Shown one piece after another: positions 38,984-48,082 of a stretch of DNA of 64,000 nt; positions within the stretch are counted from its first letter, which is position 1, and each line of letters starts with the position of its first letter. A program made the position numbers and the translations under genes. The notes beneath the pieces were generated by a model. The model made no database searches and was not told the origin of the DNA. It saw nothing but the letters and a program-made list of their open reading frames with translations. The stretch is taken from positions 96,001 to 160,000 of the IMG/VR virus record IMGVR_UViG_3300032223_002232; one strand, given 5' to 3'. The stretch is from a virus.

Positions 38984-40867
38984 TTATATTATAATGGATG
39001 GTTTCCATTCTTCTCCATTATATAATTTATCTTTATTATCCATATTATGCTTATCAATTGGTTCTATTGATGGTGGTTCAACACCAACATTACCCCAATT
39101 AGATAACCAATTCATAAGACTAGCAGCATCATCAAGATGCATTGCATCCCTATTATCATATTTTCCAACAAAAGAATATGTTTTATTAATTAAAATATTT
39201 TTCTTCAGACTTGAAACCTGCCCATAAAATAATGGACTTTTTTTAATTAAATCTGAATTATCAACCAAAGGTTTTATTTTTAACGGTCTACCCTGATCAT
39301 CATTTTCAATAATGTTATAATATTTTGAAGCAATAGCTGGATCTAAAATAAATAAACCCCATATTAAAGATAAAACTCTATCGTCTAAATCTTCATCTTT
39401 TCTTTTACTAAATGTAAAATTTGCATGTCTAACGAAATTACTGAGTTCTAAAAGGGTATCCATATCATATAATTCTAATGCCTTTAAACTATTAGCCCAA
39501 TATCTAAAATTCGTAACACCCCTGTATCTTGTATTCGTGTGGTTATGTATACCAAAACGATTTTCTCTATTATAATGTTTACTCATACCATCAAACTGAT
39601 ATGATACAACTGATTCATAATTATGAGTCTGGCATAAAACGTCTAAAACTTGCTGACCATTATTATTATTTTCAACAAGGATTGGTGGTCTTCCCCAATC
39701 ATCAAGAATACCCATAAGTCTTGTTCCAAAATGAAAAGGGCTTATTTGATTTGAAGCATAAATTGCAACTTGTTTTATTCTTGTTAAATCTGAAAAATCT
39801 AAAACCTGTGCTACTGTATTACTTCTGCCAATACCTTCACTAACGTCAACACCAATAGCATAAAAACTTTCAGGATTTGGTTCATTAAAAATTTTATAAT
39901 CACCATTATCCATTACAAGAATTGGCTCTTTACACTGTGCTTTTAATTGCTCAAGCAATTCAGGATCAATTGCAGTTTTACCTTTTTCATGGAAAACGTT
40001 TCCATACTCCTGATCAAAATCTTCTTTAGAACCAATTGCATCTGTAGCATCTTTTTTCCATTGTTCATCTCTTCCCGGTACTTCCCACCAATCAACTCGT
40101 TCTAAGTGCCATTCACTGTTAGGTTCTTGTGATTGTTTATATAAATCATAAAATTTATTATCAACACCATTAGGTGTACTAATAATAACTAACTGTGATT
40201 TCTTAGAAGATGAAATAATTGGAATAGCTGACTTCCATAATTCTCTCATCAAATCAGGTTGACAGTGAGCCATTTCATCAATAATAAGAAGATTACTTGA
40301 ACTACCACGAGGACCAGCACTTGATGTAGAACTTACTGTAATGGCAGAATCGTTTTCAAGTTGAAATCCATCTTTTCTCCAAGACTTAACTGATGGTTTC
40401 ATCCAAAGTGGAAGTTGTTCAAACGCCATTTTAATACGAGCAAAAACTTCCTTTGCAGTGTCTTCTTTATTTGCAACAATAGTAATTCTCTTATCATTTT
40501 GGAAACAAACCATCCAAAGAGCATAGATAGTGATTGTAGTAGTTTTTCCACTCTGACGGCTTGATAGCACTACATTAAATCTATTATTAGCAAAAGCTTT
40601 TAAAAGACGTTTCTGGTATTTTCTAAGTTCAATTTTTTGTTTACCTTCATCAAGTGTTGTAATAAAGAAATAATTTTCAGCAAAATGTAATATTTTTTTG
40701 TTACAAGTTTTAATCTCCTCAATCATCTGAGGAGTCCATTTTATTTGAGCATTACCCCTTAAAAGGTTTTCATTACCTTTAAAGAAATTACCATCGACTA
40801 ATACATCTTCATTTGATATATTAGCTAGATCAACCTCTTCTACTTCTGTTTTTTTCTTTCGTCCCAT
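38984..40867 (-). CDS. gp17: Terminase large subunit
   Basis: SRQSGKTT, IIDEMAH, ISTPNG, FDQEY, GVDVSEG, ENN, DDRV. Confidence 0.95.
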   Translation of the reverse strand: MGRKKKTEVEEVDLANISNEDVLVDGNFFKGNENLLRGNAQIKWTPQMIEEIKTCNKKILHFAENYFFITTLDEGKQKIELRKYQKRLLKAFANNRFNVVLSSRQSGKTTTITIYALWMVCFQNDKRITIVANKEDTAKEVFARIKMAFEQLPLWMKPSVKSWRKDGFQLENDSAITVSSTSSAGPRGSSSNLLIIDEMAHCQPDLMRELWKSAIPIISSSKKSQLVIISTPNGVDNKFYDLYKQSQEPNSEWHLERVDWWEVPGRDEQWKKDATDAIGSKEDFDQEYGNVFHEKGKTAIDPELLEQLKAQCKEPILVMDNGDYKIFNEPNPESFYAIGVDVSEGIGRSNTVAQVLDFSDLTRIKQVAIYASNQISPFHFGTRLMGILDDWGRPPILVENNNNGQQVLDVLCQTHNYESVVSYQFDGMSKHYNRENRFGIHNHTNTRYRGVTNFRYWANSLKALELYDMDTLLELSNFVRHANFTFSKRKDEDLDDRVLSLIWGLFILDPAIASKYYNIIENDDQGRPLKIKPLVDNSDLIKKSPLFYGQVSSLKKNILINKTYSFVGKYDNRDAMHLDDAASLMNWLSNWGNVGVEPPSIEPIDKHNMDNKDKLYNGEEWKPSIII

Positions 40868-40868
40868 C

Positions 40869-40880
40869 TATAAATACTTA
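40869..40880. promoter_or_regulatory. Overlapping divergent late promoters
   Basis: TATAAATA (+, 40869-40876) overlaps TAAGTA (-, 40875-40880) in the 20-nt gap between two divergent genes. Confidence 0.6.
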
Positions 40881-40887
40881 CTGACAT

Positions 40888-41277
40888 ATGGATATTTTAC
40901 CTTTAATAGATAACATGTTGTTAAAATTATCTGGTAAAAAAGATAAGATCATACCAATTTTTATTAAATGGCCTCTGTATGAATTGGACATTTATGATCA
41001 AAAAGGTCTTTGGTTAAATTTTAAAAGAAAATTGAATGAATTAGATCAAAGGAAATTATTATCATCACCAACTTTAGAAGAAATTGAAAATTTTTATTAT
41101 ATAAATGCTGATATAGAATTTGAATTAAATTACAGTGATGATTTAGCAAAAAGAAATTTTTTATTTAAAGTTAATGATAAAATATATTCTTATGTTATTG
41201 GTAAGAAAAATAAAAGATCAAAAAAACTTTTTTATACAAGATTCTTTTTTGATTTAAAAGAATTTTTTAATTATTAA
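40888..41277 (+). CDS. Hypothetical protein
   Basis: Divergent from terminase; preceded by TATAAATA. Confidence 0.55.
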   Translation: MDILPLIDNMLLKLSGKKDKIIPIFIKWPLYELDIYDQKGLWLNFKRKLNELDQRKLLSSPTLEEIENFYYINADIEFELNYSDDLAKRNFLFKVNDKIYSYVIGKKNKRSKKLFYTRFFFDLKEFFNY

Positions 41278-41623
41278 TTTGTTTATTTAATTCGGTTATA
41301 ATAGGCCATACATATTGACTCTTTAAAAGTTTCAATTTTGTCCCTAGTTCTGGCATTTCTAATGGGTTTGTAATTCTATTATATTCACAAACTAACCACC
41401 AAAGATATACTGTATTATAATATTTATAAGATATATTAATCCAAGTATCATTTGGTTCAACGTAATATATATCCTCAACTGAACTGTCTTGTGCAGGGAA
41501 AATATTTATTGATCTTAATAGATTATAAAATTTTGTTTGATCTTTATCTTGATAGATATTGAAAAAGTTTTCATATCTATATAAAGATAAATTTGGTAAT
41601 TCTGTAAAGTCTGCTTGTTTCAT
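41267..41623 (-). CDS. gp53: gp53-like LysM baseplate wedge protein
   Basis: YYVEPNDTWINISYKYY...LWWLVCEYNRITNP. Confidence 0.8.
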   Translation of the reverse strand: MKQADFTELPNLSLYRYENFFNIYQDKDQTKFYNLLRSINIFPAQDSSVEDIYYVEPNDTWINISYKYYNTVYLWWLVCEYNRITNPLEMPELGTKLKLLKSQYVWPIITELNKQINN

Positions 41624-41626
41624 AAA

Positions 41627-42709
41627 TTATGGTCCTGTTACAACTTGTACACCTTTTGCGATTGCAGTTTTAGTTTTATCGACACCTTTATTAAAACCTT
41701 CAACAGCTGCTCCTTTAGCAAGATTAAAACCTTCCGATAATGATGTTGGTGCATTCGTAATTTCAATTTTTGAACCGCCCATTGTAGCTCCAAATACATT
41801 TGAACTTGGTGAAAGAAGATCTACAAAAGTAATTGTAACTTTATATGCTTCTGGTATTAATATTTCTTTAGGACCAAATTGTGCATAATCCCAAAGTTTT
41901 CTTGTTGTGCCAATACTATCAACTTTAAATTCACTTACATAGGCTGCTGCCATATATTTTCCACCAATTGAACCAGCATCAACTACATATATTTTTGGAG
42001 GTAAAAAGGTTAATAATGAAGTTCTTGTCTTCATATTTTGAAATGCAAATAAATTTACAAAACTAAAATGATTAAATGCATCTTCTTGTGAAATTGTATT
42101 ATATAAAGGAAATGATAAAGTTAATGACAATGGTGAACTTCCACCATATTGCATTGTTTGTTCAAAACCAACTCCGGGCAAAATACCATTAAGAGCACCA
42201 CCAACAGAAGCACCTATTTTTGCAGCTGTACCTTTTCCACCACTAGATGTAGAATTAAATATATCACCAATTGTTGATGCAGGGTTCCATGTATTTCCTA
42301 CAGCATTTAAATTATCACCATTTTTTAAAAGATATGGCATATTATACCAAAATCCAGTATTACTTGCAGCATATAATGAAACATAACTATCTAAACCTTT
42401 ACCTGATGTTACATTTTTAGCTTGTTTTACAATCTCAAGAAAATTTGCTGCCCATGTACCCATTTCAATTTGTTTTTCAGTTATAAAAACACTAGGAACT
42501 TCATCAGTACTAGTATAGTTAGACCAACGCATAGTATTAGTAACATCAACTAATCCAGAACCTTTTGGTTTTAAAATAGTATATGGTTGAGCTAAATTAG
42601 AAGCTCCATATGACAATGCTGGGCTTTCTTCAGCAGTAAAATAGTTATTTGATGCAAACGCACTCTGTATACCTTGTGCGCCAGATCCAGATTGATTACT
42701 AGTATCCAT
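41627..42709 (-). CDS. Baseplate tube-cap/initiator protein (gp48-like)
   Basis: Between tape measure and gp53; LTLSFPLYN, PPKIY, IPEAYKVTITF. Confidence 0.5.
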   Translation of the reverse strand: MDTSNQSGSGAQGIQSAFASNNYFTAEESPALSYGASNLAQPYTILKPKGSGLVDVTNTMRWSNYTSTDEVPSVFITEKQIEMGTWAANFLEIVKQAKNVTSGKGLDSYVSLYAASNTGFWYNMPYLLKNGDNLNAVGNTWNPASTIGDIFNSTSSGGKGTAAKIGASVGGALNGILPGVGFEQTMQYGGSSPLSLTLSFPLYNTISQEDAFNHFSFVNLFAFQNMKTRTSLLTFLPPKIYVVDAGSIGGKYMAAAYVSEFKVDSIGTTRKLWDYAQFGPKEILIPEAYKVTITFVDLLSPSSNVFGATMGGSKIEITNAPTSLSEGFNLAKGAAVEGFNKGVDKTKTAIAKGVQVVTGP

Positions 42710-42718
42710 ATATAATAT

Positions 42719-44956
42719 TTAGATAGTAGCCCTTATTCTTTCAGAATTACCCCACCAAGCACTTCTAGCTGAAGCATTAGGATCTATTTGTGGTGTAAAT
42801 AAATAATCTTTACTTGAATGAGAACTACCACCGCCACCACCAGAAACCGTAATTGGTATTGGATTTTCTTGTGCTTCTTTTAAAACTTCAATTAAAGAAT
42901 TTACAGCTTTCACTAAGATATTTGTAGATTCTTGCGTTTTTTGCATTATAACATCAGGATCTGTTGTTTTTGGTGGTCCTTCATCTTTAACTGGTTCATA
43001 TTTTACATCAGTTTTATCTTCTAATATTTTTGGAGTCTCTTTTGTTGATGGTTCATAATTAAGATTTTGTGTTTTATTCTCACCACCAATATCTATTTTA
43101 CTAAATTTTTCCATTAAACCACTAATACCAGCCATTGGATTTAACATGGAACTTAAATCTAAATCATCAGCTTCTGGTGTTTTTTGTTTTATTGGTTCAA
43201 CTTTTTGTGTTTTTGATGTTTCTTCTGTTTTTTGTGAAGATGTTTGTTGCTGTGTATTTTCAGTTTGAGATGAATCTGTAACTGGTTGTTGACCAGTAGC
43301 TTTAGAAGCTTCTAATGATTTCTTCCTTTTTTCTATTTCATCTTGAGCTAATTGTTGTGGTGTAACTGCTGGTGGTGTTGCAGGTGTTTCTATAATTTCA
43401 CCCTTTGAATCCAAAGGTATACCCATGAAATTAGCAATATCTGTTTTTAACCAAGATGGTAACCAACTAAACCAACCAAGAATTGCTTTACCAACTTTCT
43501 TTTTAATACTATCCATCAATGATGATGCACTAAATTTTGCACCAGCACCAGCATTTGCTGGAGTTCCAGCTGATAATATATTTTCAAAGAAAGAAGCAAT
43601 TGGAGCAAATATAGGTATATTTTTCATACCATTTAATCCAATTTGCATACCACCAATATCACCAGAAATTATGCTTGTTATAAAATCCCATGTTCCAGTA
43701 ATACCACCAACAAGACTTGCTACGAATGGAACTTTCATTAACATATTACCTAAACCAGTAAAGATTCCTGTTAACGCACCTAACTTAGATTTTTGCCCTT
43801 CCTCACCTTTAGCACCATCAGATTTATAATCTAAAAAGGCATTTAAAGCAGAAGCACCTAAAGATAAAGCAATACCAACGCCCGGTATAAGATCTCCAAT
43901 ACCACCAGCAAAATCTATAACAGAACCAATATAATCACCTTTATTAAATCTATCATATGCAAAGTAAAAACTAATTAAACTGCCAATTACTGGTATTGCT
44001 TTTAATGCAGCAAAACCAACACCTTTAAATAAGCCGCCAGCAATTTTTGGTAATAACTTTTTGAAAATACCACCACCCTTGGCTGCTGCTGCTGCACCTT
44101 CACCAATACCTTCAGCGGCTGGTAAAATCATTTTTATAGCACTTTTAAGGACACTCTCTATCAAATCACCAAAAGACGTAAAAGCTTTACCTACGAGGCT
44201 TGTAATGCCACCAAAGGCTACCTTAAGACCACCCACAGTAAACCATTTACCAATACCTTCTGCAATTCCTTGAAATTTATCAAGAAAGTCTAATTTAGTT
44301 CCTATTGCATTTTCAAGCCAAGGTTTAATTTTATCCCAGAATGCAGTAACAAGTAGTGTAGCAATCCCACCGAGAGCTAAAAGCTTACCTATCATACCCA
44401 AGAAACCTTCTTGCTTTGTATTTGCAAGAATTTGATCTTGTTTCTCTAATGAATCTTTAAAATACTTTTTAAATTCACCCTGCATCTTTTCGTCAAAACC
44501 AACATTCTTCATTATACCTTTAAAGAAAGATTGGGTTTTATCTGAAAATTCTACTTGTTCTACTTTAGGACCAAGTGTTTTTTGTTCACCATCTTCCTGT
44601 TGAGGTTTTTGTGCATTTTCTAATGACTGAGGTAAAACTGATGCAGCTGGTGTATCTTTGATTTTATCAATTGGGTTATCTTTTTTAGCCTTATCATCCT
44701 TTTTTTGTTGAGGATTATCAGGTAAATCTTTCATATTCAAAGACTCTTTTACCTTTTTTCTATACTGTTCTACATCATTTTTAAATTCTTTTGCTGTCTT
44801 ATTAAGACCAAGTGGATCAGAAATTGTCTTATCAATATTTTTTATAACACTTGAAAGTTTCTTAAAAACTTCTTGTTTCAAAGCATCAAACTGCTCACCA
44901 CCTAATATTTCTAATAGTGACTTTGAATCTAAACCTTGTGTTTCACCTTCTGGCAT
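42719..44956 (-). CDS. Tape measure protein
   Basis: 745 aa with a Gly/Ala-rich amphipathic core (KAIPVIGSLI, IPGVGIAL), downstream of the tail chaperones. Confidence 0.7.
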   Translation of the reverse strand: MPEGETQGLDSKSLLEILGGEQFDALKQEVFKKLSSVIKNIDKTISDPLGLNKTAKEFKNDVEQYRKKVKESLNMKDLPDNPQQKKDDKAKKDNPIDKIKDTPAASVLPQSLENAQKPQQEDGEQKTLGPKVEQVEFSDKTQSFFKGIMKNVGFDEKMQGEFKKYFKDSLEKQDQILANTKQEGFLGMIGKLLALGGIATLLVTAFWDKIKPWLENAIGTKLDFLDKFQGIAEGIGKWFTVGGLKVAFGGITSLVGKAFTSFGDLIESVLKSAIKMILPAAEGIGEGAAAAAKGGGIFKKLLPKIAGGLFKGVGFAALKAIPVIGSLISFYFAYDRFNKGDYIGSVIDFAGGIGDLIPGVGIALSLGASALNAFLDYKSDGAKGEEGQKSKLGALTGIFTGLGNMLMKVPFVASLVGGITGTWDFITSIISGDIGGMQIGLNGMKNIPIFAPIASFFENILSAGTPANAGAGAKFSASSLMDSIKKKVGKAILGWFSWLPSWLKTDIANFMGIPLDSKGEIIETPATPPAVTPQQLAQDEIEKRKKSLEASKATGQQPVTDSSQTENTQQQTSSQKTEETSKTQKVEPIKQKTPEADDLDLSSMLNPMAGISGLMEKFSKIDIGGENKTQNLNYEPSTKETPKILEDKTDVKYEPVKDEGPPKTTDPDVIMQKTQESTNILVKAVNSLIEVLKEAQENPIPITVSGGGGGSSHSSKDYLFTPQIDPNASARSAWWGNSERIRATI

Positions 44957-44990
44957 ATAGTATACTTATTATACTATATTAAAATTTAAC

Positions 44991-45806
44991 TTAATTTAAA
45001 AAGAGTAAACTATCAATAGAAATAGTCTTTTTATAATCATCTTGGGTTACAGTAAGAACTTCATCCAACTCTTTCTTCCAAGATGATATCTTTTCCAAGA
45101 TTTTCTGTAATAAACCACTTGGTAACTTTTCAACAACACCAACTCTTTGTTTGAAAGACATACTATCAAAATCAACTTCACTATCATTAATCCAGATTTT
45201 ACTGATATACTTTGAAGTTTCGCCTATAAATGCGGCAGTAATTATATTCTGAACATCTTGATTTGTTTTAATATCTTCTGTCTTTTTATTCTTTTTAAAT
45301 TCAGTATCATAATCTAATTCTATTTTTAAATTAGGATATCTAACTTCAGCTTTTAATGTAACTTTATCATTAATAAGATCTAAAATCACATTTTGTGGTG
45401 TTTGATATGTGCGAAATTTATTTATAACATCTTCAACATTAATAATACCAATAACTTCAGATTTCTCATCAAATACTATTTTTAATTCATTTGATATTTG
45501 ACCTTTAAGTTGCAAAGCAATACAAGCTTTATCGCTTATCGTAAGAGTATCAATTACATCATTACCTTCATCATGAATTAAATTATCTTTTAAAATATTA
45601 TAAAATGCATTAGAAAAACCTAAATTATAAACAGATGTATCCATAGCAGCACCCAATAGTTCTTTCTGTTGTTTGGCATTTATCTCTTTAAAAGTAAGAG
45701 TATTATTCTTGGATGGAACATATGCATCAACTGTAAATGCATTAGATACATCGTTTAATGTATTAATAGCTTGATTAAAATCCAAAATGTTAATTTCTTC
45801 TGTCAT
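44991..45806 (-). CDS. gp26-like baseplate hub assembly chaperone
   Basis: VPS..TFKEINAKQQKELL, VRYP; between tube genes and tape measure. Confidence 0.55.
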   Translation of the reverse strand: MTEEINILDFNQAINTLNDVSNAFTVDAYVPSKNNTLTFKEINAKQQKELLGAAMDTSVYNLGFSNAFYNILKDNLIHDEGNDVIDTLTISDKACIALQLKGQISNELKIVFDEKSEVIGIINVEDVINKFRTYQTPQNVILDLINDKVTLKAEVRYPNLKIELDYDTEFKKNKKTEDIKTNQDVQNIITAAFIGETSKYISKIWINDSEVDFDSMSFKQRVGVVEKLPSGLLQKILEKISSWKKELDEVLTVTQDDYKKTISIDSLLFLN

Positions 45807-45814
45807 GTGATTAT

Positions 45815-46765
45815 TTATGGTACTTGCTCACCAAATTCAAGGGCTAAATCTTTAAGGGCATTACTATTTTGACTATTATTACCATCTCTTTTACTTCTTT
45901 GTTCTTGTATTATTGATATATAAATCTTTCTTTCAGATGGTGATAAATTTAAAGTATATTCTGGGTTTATATTAGAGTTTGCTAAAAAATGGATTTCAGA
46001 ATAAATTGATTTTACATCATAAGAAAATATCATTTTTATATGTTCTATAAAACTTAAATTATAGATATTAAATCTTTGTTCTTTAAATATCGAAACGTTA
46101 AAAATTTCAGATGTTATTAGTTCTTTCAATGCATTAAAAATTTTATTTTGAGAAATTAACTTTAAATGCATTGGCAATGAATCCAACAAATCATTTTTTT
46201 GTTTTGAACTAAATGAATTAAATTGTATTTTCTTATTATCTATTTTTATATACTCTATAAATTCTTGTATGGAATCATTTATAGATTCATATATATTTTT
46301 ATCATTTATAAGAAATTCATTAAAAACATTAATGCTTTTTACTATAGGCCAATTTATCTTTATAGTTATATTGTTTTCAATTACCGTATTGTTTTCTTCA
46401 TTTTCAAAAAAACTTGAAGCTCTGTATAAATTTGCAAGATAAGATTTTAAATCAAGTTGTATTTTGGTTTTTCTCTCAGAGTCTTTCATTAAAAACTCTA
46501 TAACATTACCAACACTTAAAATTCTTAATTTAACCAAAAATAAAACATATTCAATGATTGTTATATTTTGAATATCGTTAAAATTTTCAACACAATTTTC
46601 CAATACGTTTAAAATAAAATTATGATAGTCGATTAAAGATTCCTTTGTATTTGCAATGGTTAAATTAGCCTTTGCAAGTGCAATTTGCTCTTTTGTATTT
46701 AATTCTCTATGATGTAATTTTATTTTAGTATGGGGTAAATCCAAACTATAATTGTAATATTCCAC
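45815..46765 (-). CDS. gp26/gp51-like baseplate assembly chaperone
   Basis: RELNTKEQ, LFLVKLRILSVG and C-terminal LSPSERKIYI. Confidence 0.6.
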   Translation of the reverse strand: MEYYNYSLDLPHTKIKLHHRELNTKEQIALAKANLTIANTKESLIDYHNFILNVLENCVENFNDIQNITIIEYVLFLVKLRILSVGNVIEFLMKDSERKTKIQLDLKSYLANLYRASSFFENEENNTVIENNITIKINWPIVKSINVFNEFLINDKNIYESINDSIQEFIEYIKIDNKKIQFNSFSSKQKNDLLDSLPMHLKLISQNKIFNALKELITSEIFNVSIFKEQRFNIYNLSFIEHIKMIFSYDVKSIYSEIHFLANSNINPEYTLNLSPSERKIYISIIQEQRSKRDGNNSQNSNALKDLALEFGEQVP

Positions 46766-46773
46766 AATTAAAT

Positions 46774-47493
46774 TTATGGCAATGACAGTAAATTTCCAGT
46801 ATTACCATCCATTACAGCATATCTATCATATATGAATTTAACATCACCATATTTTAAACCTTCTTCTTGATATGAATAAGTTTCACCGGGTAATGCGATA
46901 GGAGCAACATTATAAAATCTATATACCTTTCTAACTTGCATCGGATTATATGCACCAGTTTTAGCGTACATAACAACATCAGCAAAATTACATTTTACAT
47001 TTTTAGGTGAATTTGGATTTCTTGCAATAAGACCATTATAACCAACAGAAATAACCCAAGGTCTTATTATAAAATCTAAAAATGATGCATTAGTTTCAAG
47101 TAATGTAACGCTAAATGGTTCATACTTGCCTCTTGTAGAGGCTGTAGCTGGTGCTTGAAAACCACCATAATCAAGTCCTTGATTGCTTGCTTCTATTGTT
47201 TCTCCGGGTAATTGAACTTGTCTTGCAAAAGCACAACCCATCATATTATCAACAGATGTTTGTAATTTACCATCTAACAAATAATTTGTTACATCAGTAT
47301 TATAAGTCCACTCCGCACCAGCTTCTCTTGATCTTAAACTATTTTGAATTGAACCCATCAATCCATTATTTCCAGTAATATTACTGAAATCAAAATACAT
47401 TAACCATTGACTTGCAAGAGCAATGCCAGTAGGCCAACTACCTAGTAAGTCTAGATAAAAAGAAAATGGACTTTTATCACTATAGATTGACAC
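46774..47493 (-). CDS. Tail tube-like protein (gp54-like initiator)
   Basis: VQLPGE, YRFYNVAPI tube-fold motifs next to the tail tube gene. Confidence 0.6.
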   Translation of the reverse strand: MSIYSDKSPFSFYLDLLGSWPTGIALASQWLMYFDFSNITGNNGLMGSIQNSLRSREAGAEWTYNTDVTNYLLDGKLQTSVDNMMGCAFARQVQLPGETIEASNQGLDYGGFQAPATASTRGKYEPFSVTLLETNASFLDFIIRPWVISVGYNGLIARNPNSPKNVKCNFADVVMYAKTGAYNPMQVRKVYRFYNVAPIALPGETYSYQEEGLKYGDVKFIYDRYAVMDGNTGNLLSLP

Positions 47494-47519
47494 AAGAATA
47501 CTTATGTCTGATTACCAAA

Positions 47520-48062
47520 TTATCTTGATAATCTCCAATACTGGTAAGCAAGTGTTACTTGTTGTTCTAACACTTCACCAGCACTTGTGACATTAACTGT
47601 TAAGTCGCCAATTGCTTGTGGATAAACACCAAATAATGTATATGTTCTAAGTGGGTTACCACTCTTATCAATGAGTGATAAAACAACTTGATTTGAAGCA
47701 TCTTTACTTGGGATATTATATGCACCAGTACTATTGGAATCATTGAATACAGTATTAGTCCAATCCTCAAACTTTCTACGAATAGAAAGATTTGCTGGTA
47801 CACGGAATGTCATTTGCCAACCACCACTATTAGGATAGTTTGCTGTACCGGGAACGTTAAACTTGAGACCCATAAATGGAACCTCAACATTTGTTATTGC
47901 TCTTCCGGGGAGCGTGGTTGAAGTTACATAAAGCAACTCTTGTGTTGTGAAGCGAACTCCTCCGAGTGATACTACTCTGAAAAGATTTTGACGAGCAAAA
48001 TCATTTGATATAGCTGCATCGTAGAAGTTCTCTATGCCTTGGGTGTCGAATAATCCTGCCAT
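47520..48062 (-). CDS. gp19: Tail tube protein
   Basis: ARQNLFRV, TLPGR, VPFMG, FEDW, YPQAIGD, VTLAYQYW. Confidence 0.88.
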   Translation of the reverse strand: MAGLFDTQGIENFYDAAISNDFARQNLFRVVSLGGVRFTTQELLYVTSTTLPGRAITNVEVPFMGLKFNVPGTANYPNSGGWQMTFRVPANLSIRRKFEDWTNTVFNDSNSTGAYNIPSKDASNQVVLSLIDKSGNPLRTYTLFGVYPQAIGDLTVNVTSAGEVLEQQVTLAYQYWRLSR

Positions 48063-48082
48063 ATTAATATTTATCCTTTAGG